Assembly: GCA_023460615.1 (NCBI GenBank)
Contig: JAEWPL010000222.1
Span: 21,973-85,972 of the forward strand
Length of the DNA: 64,000 nt
From: Pseudomonadota bacterium
GTDB lineage: Bacteria > Pseudomonadota > Gammaproteobacteria > Enterobacterales > Succinivibrionaceae
Direction of reading: 5' to 3'
Below are positions 56,956 through 64,000 of the stretch, in pieces. Below the pieces are notes generated by a model, which was not told where the DNA came from, did not search any database, and was given only the letters and a program-made list of their open reading frames with translations. The position numbers were made by a program, and so were the translations under genes. Position 1 is the stretch's first letter; each line of letters begins with the position of its first letter.

Positions 56956-57807
56956 ATGTTATTAACAAAATTAACAGTGAATAACAATGTAAAATTAGAC
57001 TTTCTTCATTTGGAGGAGGCTTCTTCTAATAATACTGATATTTTTAGTATTCCAAAATATAAGCCAACATTAAATAATGACTCGAGATTTTTAGCGACTT
57101 TTGATGACGCAACAACTACGGCACGTGGTGTTGCAGATGTCGCTTTAGGTTATAATTTCTCAGTGTATAGAGAGGTTAATAATACAAATCAATTAAAATA
57201 TATAGCAAGATTAGGTGATGGTGCCTTAACTATGACCGATTATAATGTTGTTAATGATACAACATATAAATACTATATATTTAAAGAGGACGAGTCTGCT
57301 ATTTCTGAGGCGGTTGCTTCTAATAGTATTACGACTTGTTGGTGGGACTGGTCTTTAATAGATTTGGTGCCAAGTACTACTGAAAAAGGATTGTATTATG
57401 CTAACCCAAATGCAATTTGGAAGTTTAATCTTAATATTTCTAGTGGCGGAGTGTCACAAAATGTAAATAATACAACTTATAACAATTTAACACGATTTCC
57501 TAAAATATCTTCTGGTAAATTAAATTATGCTTCTGGCACTTTAACTTGTTTATTAGGAGACGTACAAAACACAAACGATGGTCAAATCGGATATGTTGAG
57601 AGTGCTGCTCTTTTAGAGTCTTGGAATGATTTTTGTGCCAATGGAAACATAAAGTTATTAAAAGACAGAAAGGGTAATGCTATGCTTGTAATGATTACAA
57701 GCACATCTTCTCAGGTCGATGATGTTTTGAGAGAACAGGTTAACACCATTACATTCTCTTGGACTCAAATAGCAGATGCTTCTAGTATTACTGTTATTGG
57801 TGCATAA
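56956..57807 (+). CDS. Distal tail-like protein
   Basis: Position; LLKDRKGN...V.I...FSW.QI pattern. Confidence 0.55.
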   Translation: MLLTKLTVNNNVKLDFLHLEEASSNNTDIFSIPKYKPTLNNDSRFLATFDDATTTARGVADVALGYNFSVYREVNNTNQLKYIARLGDGALTMTDYNVVNDTTYKYYIFKEDESAISEAVASNSITTCWWDWSLIDLVPSTTEKGLYYANPNAIWKFNLNISSGGVSQNVNNTTYNNLTRFPKISSGKLNYASGTLTCLLGDVQNTNDGQIGYVESAALLESWNDFCANGNIKLLKDRKGNAMLVMITSTSSQVDDVLREQVNTITFSWTQIADASSITVIGA

Positions 57808-59072
57808 TGGCTAATTATAGTATGAAAGCTCTAGCAGACCAAACAAATAATGTTTTATGGAGTCAATATGGTGAAGTCTTACGTTTAGTAGATAGTTCTA
57901 GTATTAGTATGAGTTATTTAACAGATGTGTTAAAGAGACCAACTATAAAACCTCGTTTTAGATTATTTGTTCTTAATCCTGACGAGACTATCAATTATGA
58001 AATTCCAGAAGAAGATATTATTATTAATTCTGGTAATTTTACAGAGAATTATCAGAATGGTCAAAGGAAGAGTGTAAACATAAATTTAATAAATGTTGAC
58101 GGAAAATATACACCCAGCATTAATACAATATGGGTTCACGATAGATTTCGTTTTGATATAGGAGTGGAGTTTGATGGTCAGGTTTATTGGTTCCCAAGAG
58201 GTATTTATATCTTAGGTAATCCGAGTGCAGACCACCAAGACTCTGACAAACAAGTCGGTTTAACTTTGGTAGACAAATTTGCTGTATTAGAAGGTAAGGC
58301 TGGTACTTTAGAGGCGACTTATGAAATTCCTGTAGGCTCAGATATTGAACAAGCTATTATGGGGATTTTAACGTTAGATAATGGGTCTGGTTATCCAATT
58401 GATTTAAAGCCTATTATTTATGATAGGGCTTTTAAAGGTTTGAAGATGCCATATACATTATCTAAAGATGCAGGAAGCACATTAGGAGAAATGCTCTTAG
58501 AAATTGGCACTATCTTAAATGCAGAGGTTTATTATAATTCGCAAGGAAATTTGTGTTTTATTAATATTAATGAGACGACGCTGGATGTTCAAAAAGCATC
58601 GTTATGGGACTATTCTGATGAAGATAGAGATTATGGTAGTGCTACTGCTAATTACGATTTTGAGAATGCCGTAAATGAGGTACACGTTGTTGGAGATAAT
58701 ATTAACAACGAGATATTTTCAGCAATGGCAAAAAATGAAAATCCAGTATCTCCATTATGTATACAACGTATTGGTCGTCGTATTGAGTATATCAATGACA
58801 GTAACATATATAGTGATGATTTAGCACAACAACGTGCCAATTATGAATTAAGAAAATTTGGTATCTTGAAAACTACTATGAATATTCAAGTATCTTTTAA
58901 TCCACTTTTATTTGTTAATAATTTGATAACAATTACTGATAAATACTATAATTTGGCAAGAGAAAGGTTTTTAATTCAATCAATATCATATACTATCGGT
59001 AATGAGTCACAAATGACCATAAGTTGTTCTAATATTGTCAACTTTAACCAGTACGCAAGTGGGGTGATGTAA
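57807..59072 (+). CDS. Baseplate hub / tail-tip protein
   Basis: YYNSQGNL, NEVHVVG, AQQRANYEL pattern; 421 aa. Confidence 0.65.
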   Translation: MANYSMKALADQTNNVLWSQYGEVLRLVDSSSISMSYLTDVLKRPTIKPRFRLFVLNPDETINYEIPEEDIIINSGNFTENYQNGQRKSVNINLINVDGKYTPSINTIWVHDRFRFDIGVEFDGQVYWFPRGIYILGNPSADHQDSDKQVGLTLVDKFAVLEGKAGTLEATYEIPVGSDIEQAIMGILTLDNGSGYPIDLKPIIYDRAFKGLKMPYTLSKDAGSTLGEMLLEIGTILNAEVYYNSQGNLCFININETTLDVQKASLWDYSDEDRDYGSATANYDFENAVNEVHVVGDNINNEIFSAMAKNENPVSPLCIQRIGRRIEYINDSNIYSDDLAQQRANYELRKFGILKTTMNIQVSFNPLLFVNNLITITDKYYNLARERFLIQSISYTIGNESQMTISCSNIVNFNQYASGVM

Positions 59073-59073
59073 C

Positions 59074-59445
59074 GTGGATTTTGACGTAAAACAAATTGCT
59101 GAATTTAAGAAAGTAATAGAAGACATTGTAGACGCTCGTTTGAAGAGTTATGGTATTACTTCTTTTGTGGCAGCTGTTGTAACTAAGGTTAACGACGATG
59201 GTACAGTCAACGTTACTATACCACCTGATAATAGCAGATTTGTAAATAATGTATTAAATAAAAGTAATGAGTCGTTATCTACTGGCGACTCTGTTGAATT
59301 ATGCACTAAAAATGGTAGATTATCCAATGCTTGGGTAGCTATCAAACACGGTAAAAGTGTATCTGGTAGTTCGCTAGAAGACCGTGTAAAGTACCTTGAA
59401 GATAATGCTCTTATCTTCGTAAAGACAGGAGAATATGACGGATAA
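59074..59445 (+). CDS. Putative tail spike/OB-fold protein
   Basis: AVVTKVNDDGTVNV...LSTGDSV pattern. Confidence 0.5.
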   Translation: MDFDVKQIAEFKKVIEDIVDARLKSYGITSFVAAVVTKVNDDGTVNVTIPPDNSRFVNNVLNKSNESLSTGDSVELCTKNGRLSNAWVAIKHGKSVSGSSLEDRVKYLEDNALIFVKTGEYDG

Positions 59446-59460
59446 AAGGAGTGAATTAAT

Positions 59461-59550
59461 ATGAGAAATTACTCGATTAGGGGGAGGGACGCATCAATAA
59501 GATTGTTACATCCTCTAATTTCCAAGAGAAAGGAGGTATGTTATAGTTAA
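59461..59550 (+). CDS. 29-aa ORF upstream of the fibre-tip cassette (not in ORF track)
   Basis: MRNYSIRGRDASIRLLHPLISKRKEVCYS with AAGGAG RBS. Confidence 0.4.
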   Translation: MRNYSIRGRDASIRLLHPLISKRKEVCYS

Positions 59551-59664
59551 TATACCTCTTTTTGGTATAATAATCTTTGCAATTTTTTTATAAATAAAGG
59601 TAAAACATATGTAAAAGAATAGTCCAATCCTTTTGAAGCAAAGATTAAACTATAACGTAATATT

Positions 59665-60183
59665 ATGGATTACGGTACAATTAAACATAAAAATAATAAT
59701 GCGCAACTTCTTTCTCAATCAATTTTGCATCAGTATGAAGGGGGGAAGCAGCGTAGCCTAAATATAGTTCTTGATAATATATACCCAATAGGCTCTATAT
59801 ATTTATCTATATATAGTACTAATCCTTCTGAATACTTTGGAGGAACCTGGGAACAGGTTGCAGGTGGAAAATATTTATTTGGTGTCGGAGGTACGGACGG
59901 TAATGTTACACCAGGCAGTACTGGTGGGACTTGGAACCATACACATAACCTGGACACCAATAGTGCTATTGCTGCATTACAATTAAATAACAAAGGTTCC
60001 ATATGGTATAGGGAAGTAAATATAGGAACCAGCATCACAAAAAATTATACCCTACAGACAAACGGAGCTGGTAAATCAGAAGAAAATACAACAGGGTGGG
60101 GTACAAAGTTATATGGGTACACAAGCTCAGTAAAAGTAGCTCCTCCGTATTATGCAGTATATGTGTGGAAAAGAATTAGTTAG
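59665..60183 (+). CDS. Tail fibre/baseplate tip protein (T4 gp10 C-terminal-like domain)
   Basis: IYPIGSIYLS....NPS..FGGTWEQ...PPYYAVYVWKRIS; no clear RBS. Confidence 0.7.
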   Translation: MDYGTIKHKNNNAQLLSQSILHQYEGGKQRSLNIVLDNIYPIGSIYLSIYSTNPSEYFGGTWEQVAGGKYLFGVGGTDGNVTPGSTGGTWNHTHNLDTNSAIAALQLNNKGSIWYREVNIGTSITKNYTLQTNGAGKSEENTTGWGTKLYGYTSSVKVAPPYYAVYVWKRIS

Positions 60184-60223
60184 ACGTGGCGAATATTATA
60201 AAAAAATAAAAAGAAGGGATAAA

Positions 60224-60640
60224 ATGGCTTTATATAAAGAAATTGTCGAAGATAATGGTGTTGTGTCAAAATATTTTAGAATTTCTAATATATCATTTAA
60301 TATTGACAGCAAAAACATTTCTGTTAGTGTTAAAGAATATGCAGACAGCACTTATCGTGACAAAGAAAAGGAAATAAAAAGAATACAAGAAGATATTAAT
60401 AATAAACAATCTGAAATAAACACTCTTAATGAAGATTATGAAAATAACGAAGAAGAAATATTGAAACAGAACAAAGAAATGGATGTTTTAGTAAATGAAT
60501 TAAATGAATTAAATACTAAAAATTATTTTATAGGTGAAAAACAGTATAATTTCGATTTTGAAGATAAAGATTATTCTATGTCGGATTGTTATAATTTATT
60601 AAAAGAATTAGATGTATTTGAAGATAGTGTTGATGTTTAA
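60224..60640 (+). CDS. Hypothetical tail-fibre-associated protein
   Basis: Start MALYKE; central coiled coil. Confidence 0.65.
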   Translation: MALYKEIVEDNGVVSKYFRISNISFNIDSKNISVSVKEYADSTYRDKEKEIKRIQEDINNKQSEINTLNEDYENNEEEILKQNKEMDVLVNELNELNTKNYFIGEKQYNFDFEDKDYSMSDCYNLLKELDVFEDSVDV

Positions 60641-60654
60641 AAGGAGGGATATTT

Positions 60655-61053
60655 ATGGCTCAACAAACATTAAATAATGGTGTGTCTGGTAAGGTCTTTA
60701 GAGATATTTTAAATCAAAATTTTACAGACCTTTACACAAACAAAGCACCAAAAAATCACGCTTCTACAACAACTGATTATGGTGTGGCAACTGGCACAAA
60801 TTACGGGCACATTAAAGTTACAACTGGTAATGGTTTAAATCTTACGAGTGGTGCTTTATCATTAACGGCGGCAACAACATCTGATGCTGCAGCTGGTACA
60901 GCCACAAATATGGTTATGACACCAGCGAGAGTGAAGGACGCAGTCAATGCTTATGGTGTAATGAGTGATGGAAATACTATTATTAAAGTTGGTGGCACTC
61001 AACCATCTGTACAATCAGGAAAAACAATAATTTGGATAGATACTTCAAGTTAG
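60655..61053 (+). CDS. Short tail-fibre-like protein
   Basis: HAS....YG.AT...YGH.K fibre repeat; MTPARVK; IWIDT. Confidence 0.65.
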   Translation: MAQQTLNNGVSGKVFRDILNQNFTDLYTNKAPKNHASTTTDYGVATGTNYGHIKVTTGNGLNLTSGALSLTAATTSDAAAGTATNMVMTPARVKDAVNAYGVMSDGNTIIKVGGTQPSVQSGKTIIWIDTSS

Positions 61054-61065
61054 GAGGTGGAATAG

Positions 61066-62145
61066 ATGGCTACATTTAAAAGTAATAGTTATGGTGGTAG
61101 ACAACTTCGACTTGAAATTTGGCAAGATGGTGGTAACTGTAAGTGGGCTTTATATTCAGAAGGGGGAAGTTCGGATTTCTATAGTATTTATAATTTAAGT
61201 ATTAGTATAGCAGGTAAGAAGGTATATAATCCAGGGACAGTACGTTGGGATGAAAAAGTATTCCCAGCCGCAAAAGGTAGTAAAAGTGGTTCAGTTTGGA
61301 TTGGTAATGGAGCAAATGCAAAAACTATTTATATATCTTTTGTGGGTGCGGTTTTTTATGACAGAGATACTCAAAATGGTGGAAATTTCACTATGGGTCA
61401 ATATATTTATAAACCATCGTTAAGCAATATTAGTATCAGTAGTGTTGACGATACTTCTGCATATGTTTCTTTTAGCGTCACAAATAATAATGGGCAGGCA
61501 CCATATAGCCCATATATAGACCTTAGTTTGACTAATTTTGGTTCTGTTGTTAAGTCTTCAGCTTCTCGTGGAGCCACATTTACAGGGCTTGATGCCAACA
61601 GAACATATTATGCCAGAGGAAATGACGCTAACGATGCTGGTAGAAGTTATACTAATGTTGCTAGTTTTACAACTTCTTACACTAATCCTGGTGCGCCAGG
61701 CAAGCCAATATTGAGTTATGACCAAACGGAACCTATTCCAAAAGCAAAGCTGACAGCATCTTGGCTTGCAGCTTCTGCTGGTTCTACCGCGATTGCTGGT
61801 TATAGAATAAGATTGTTTAAAAATGGCACTGAAGTTACGATGATAGATACAGAGAATACTGGTATTTCATATACATTCGACTCTTTTGAAAGTTATGGAT
61901 TTGAACCAGGCGATGTTGCTCAAGTAGGTATTTATTCTTATTCAAAAGACTGGGCAGGCAACAAGCATTTTAATGGAGGTGGAAGTACTAGTTCACAAAT
62001 ATATAGTAATACTTTAACTATTATTTCTGACAAGTTCATTTATGCTTCAGTGAATGGTGGGGCATTTGATAAATACAAGATGTATATCAGTCAAGACGGA
62101 GGTTCGTTCGTAGAAGTAAAAAAAGAAAAGTTTAAGGTCATTTAG
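61066..62145 (+). CDS. FN3-domain tail/receptor-binding protein
   Basis: FTGLDANRTYY and PGAPGKP...SW......IAGY.I FN3 motifs. Confidence 0.65.
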   Translation: MATFKSNSYGGRQLRLEIWQDGGNCKWALYSEGGSSDFYSIYNLSISIAGKKVYNPGTVRWDEKVFPAAKGSKSGSVWIGNGANAKTIYISFVGAVFYDRDTQNGGNFTMGQYIYKPSLSNISISSVDDTSAYVSFSVTNNNGQAPYSPYIDLSLTNFGSVVKSSASRGATFTGLDANRTYYARGNDANDAGRSYTNVASFTTSYTNPGAPGKPILSYDQTEPIPKAKLTASWLAASAGSTAIAGYRIRLFKNGTEVTMIDTENTGISYTFDSFESYGFEPGDVAQVGIYSYSKDWAGNKHFNGGGSTSSQIYSNTLTIISDKFIYASVNGGAFDKYKMYISQDGGSFVEVKKEKFKVI

Positions 62146-62162
62146 TGAAGGAGGTAATTAGT

Positions 62163-62525
62163 ATGCCAGAATATATTACAGTTGTGTTATCTTTAATTTG
62201 TTTAATGATTGCCAATATTATTATGGGCAAAAAATTAGCAGATTTTAAACAAGAATACAACAAGGAAAAGTTAGTGGGAGGTATTAGTAAAGCTGCCTTC
62301 TTTTTAATTGGGTTGGCTTTAGCATATAGTTCTACATTAATTTACCCAATGGAAGTTGCTGAAGTTAATGGTCAAATGGTAACAACTTTAACAGGTGCTA
62401 CTATTTTGATTAAGGCTGCAAATTTGGTTTATGCTGGTAAAGTCTTAATGAAAATTAAAGATTTATTGGTTGTAAGCGTTCCTGTTAATTCTTTAACAGA
62501 AACCGATAAAGATGACGAAAAATAA
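62163..62525 (+). CDS. Holin
   Basis: Three hydrophobic segments, charged C-terminus, upstream of the endolysin. Confidence 0.7.
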   Translation: MPEYITVVLSLICLMIANIIMGKKLADFKQEYNKEKLVGGISKAAFFLIGLALAYSSTLIYPMEVAEVNGQMVTTLTGATILIKAANLVYAGKVLMKIKDLLVVSVPVNSLTETDKDDEK

Positions 62526-62538
62526 GGAGGAATGTCAA

Positions 62539-62682
62539 ATGTCAAAGAAAGAAAATATTGAAGAAGTAATTGAAGATGTTGAAGAAGTAGAAGTTCAAAC
62601 AGTCTTTAATGAGGACGGATTAGATGTGCTTTGTACAGAGGACACAATAGTAGAAAATATTAATGCAGAGGAGGGTGAATAA
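62539..62682 (+). CDS. 47-aa acidic peptide between holin and endolysin (not in ORF track)
   Basis: MSKKENIEEVIEDVEEVEVQTVFNEDGLDVLCTEDTIVENINAEEGE; AAGGAGG RBS. Confidence 0.7.
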   Translation: MSKKENIEEVIEDVEEVEVQTVFNEDGLDVLCTEDTIVENINAEEGE

Positions 62683-62683
62683 T

Positions 62684-63787
62684 ATGAGTCAATTCACAGT
62701 AAGATATAATCTTCCTGCAAGAGGAAACAAGTTATATAACAATGGCAAGGCTGGTGGATGGTCTTGGTGTATCAATGGCAGTCCAACAAAGGCAGGATTG
62801 AATGTTCTTGCAAACTGTGTTGGGTGGGCTTGTTCAAGATTTAATGAAATTTACAACGAAATTACAGGTAATAATGGAATGAAATACAAAACATTAAATT
62901 GCAATGCTGAAAATTTTATTGAAAGAGCAAAACAAGCTGGTCTTGAGGTTGGTATGACACCAAAACCAGGTGCTATCATGTGCTGGAAAAAGGGTGCTAC
63001 TTTATCTGGAAAAGATGGCGCTGGTCATGTTGCTATTTGTGAAATAGTATATGACAACAATCACGTATTCACTTCTGAAAGTGGATATGGTGGAAGTGCA
63101 TTCTGGAACTCACATAGATATAATACAAATGGACGTTGGGGCTTAGGTAGTAGTTATACATTTAGAGGATTTATTTATAATCCAGCCGTTAAAGACGAGC
63201 CAAAACCAACACCTACTCCATCAAGTAAATTTAATATTGGAGACAAAGTAGTTATTAATGGTGCTTTATATAGAAGTTCTAATGCTTCATCTGCTTCAGG
63301 CAGTGTTAGCAATAAGATTACCAATATTACTAGAAAAGTATCTGGTGCAGCACATCCATACAATACAACTGGTGATTTAGGATGGATGGATGAGTCTTCT
63401 ATTACTAAATACAAAGAGCCAAGACCATCAACTGGTCAAAAGTTTGCTATTGGTACTAAAGTAGTTATTAATGGTGCTTTATATAGAAGTTCCAATGATA
63501 ATAGTGCTGCTGGTCATGTAAATAACAAAACCACTTATATTACTAGATATGCTGCTGGTTCTAAACATCCATATAACACAACTGGAGACTTGGGTTGGAT
63601 GGATGAAGGAGCCATCACTGCTTATTCTGGCGGTATCACATATACAGTTAAAAAAGGAGACACTCTTAGTGGCATTGCTGCTAAATATGGTATGACTTGG
63701 AAACAAGTTTATGCTAGAAATAAGTTCGTAATTGGTAATAATCCTAATGTTATCAGACCAGGGCAAGTACTAGTTATTAAAGACTAA
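62684..63787 (+). CDS. Endolysin: CHAP domain, two SH3-like repeats, LysM
   Basis: NCVGWA...PKPGAIMCW...GHVAICE...SES; duplicated ...HPYNTTGDLGWMD; YTVKKGDTLSGIAAKYG...IRPGQVL. Confidence 0.9.
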   Translation: MSQFTVRYNLPARGNKLYNNGKAGGWSWCINGSPTKAGLNVLANCVGWACSRFNEIYNEITGNNGMKYKTLNCNAENFIERAKQAGLEVGMTPKPGAIMCWKKGATLSGKDGAGHVAICEIVYDNNHVFTSESGYGGSAFWNSHRYNTNGRWGLGSSYTFRGFIYNPAVKDEPKPTPTPSSKFNIGDKVVINGALYRSSNASSASGSVSNKITNITRKVSGAAHPYNTTGDLGWMDESSITKYKEPRPSTGQKFAIGTKVVINGALYRSSNDNSAAGHVNNKTTYITRYAAGSKHPYNTTGDLGWMDEGAITAYSGGITYTVKKGDTLSGIAAKYGMTWKQVYARNKFVIGNNPNVIRPGQVLVIKD

Positions 63788-63818
63788 AAGAGTAGGGTTC
63801 ATCCCTACTCTTTTTTTT
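63787..63818 (+). terminator. Rho-independent terminator ending the late operon
   Basis: AAAAGAGTAGGG-TTCAT-CCCTACTCTTTT then a T-run. Confidence 0.85.
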
Positions 63819-63832
63819 ATCCTTTTCTATTA

Positions 63833-63861
63833 TTGACATATCAAGTATTTTATGTTAATAT
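63833..63861 (+). promoter_or_regulatory. SigA promoter
   Basis: TTGACA-N17-TAATAT with extended TG. Confidence 0.7.
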
Positions 63862-63888
63862 TTAATTAGCATATAAGGAGGTGATAAA

Positions 63889-64000
63889 ATGAGAAGGATA
63901 TATTTAGACAATGCTGCATCAGCACCTCTTGATAAGCGTGTTTTAAAGGCTATGAAGCCATATTTGACTAAAGTGTATGGAAATCCTAGCAGCGTTCATA
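63889..64000 (+). CDS. iscS: Cysteine desulfurase (IscS/NifS family), partial
   Basis: [49 protein letters not shown]. Confidence 0.85.
   Translation, partial: MRRIYLDNAASAPLDKRVLKAMKPYLTKVYGNPSSVH

Noticed and set aside
59665..62145. Diversity-generating retroelement target
   Set aside because: No reverse transcriptase and no template/variable repeat pair were seen in this window.
16772..63766. Antisense or alternate-frame ORFs in the right arm (e.g. 16772, 17165, 27401, 36715, 37226, 46590, 59730, 63479)
   Set aside because: They overlap genes with recognisable motifs and lack RBS.

Overview
This window is a 64-kb, AT-rich segment of a large SPbeta-like (YonO-type) tailed phage or prophage of a Firmicutes host. 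It has three parts. (1) 1-14.4 kb is a leftward arm of about 35 small hypothetical genes, plus a PcfJ-domain protein and an SprT-like protease. It carries 10 copies of a non-canonical promoter (CTACTAAA-N16-TATAAT) and looks depleted of several short sequence words. (2) 14.1-16.7 kb is a repeat- and palindrome-rich divergence zone with LexA-box-like sites, a SAM-lyase-like gene, a C-rich tract and an unannotated 38-aa peptide gene. (3) 16.7-64 kb is a mostly rightward arm with canonical TTGACA promoters. It encodes a DNA methyltransferase, a GHKL ATPase, a YonV-like helicase, nucleotide enzymes and a single-subunit YonO-like RNA polymerase. These are followed by an SPbeta-like late operon (terminase, portal, protease/scaffold, capsid, tail, tape measure, baseplate/fibre, holin, CHAP-LysM endolysin) and the start of an IscS-like cysteine desulfurase. 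Two group I introns could be mapped to the nucleotide. One splits the GNHD motif of a metallophosphoesterase and the other splits the tape-measure gene; each carries an endonuclease ORF. A 51-nt tRNA-like minihelix with an encoded CCA lies in the tail operon. All product calls come from motifs read by eye; no searches were run.
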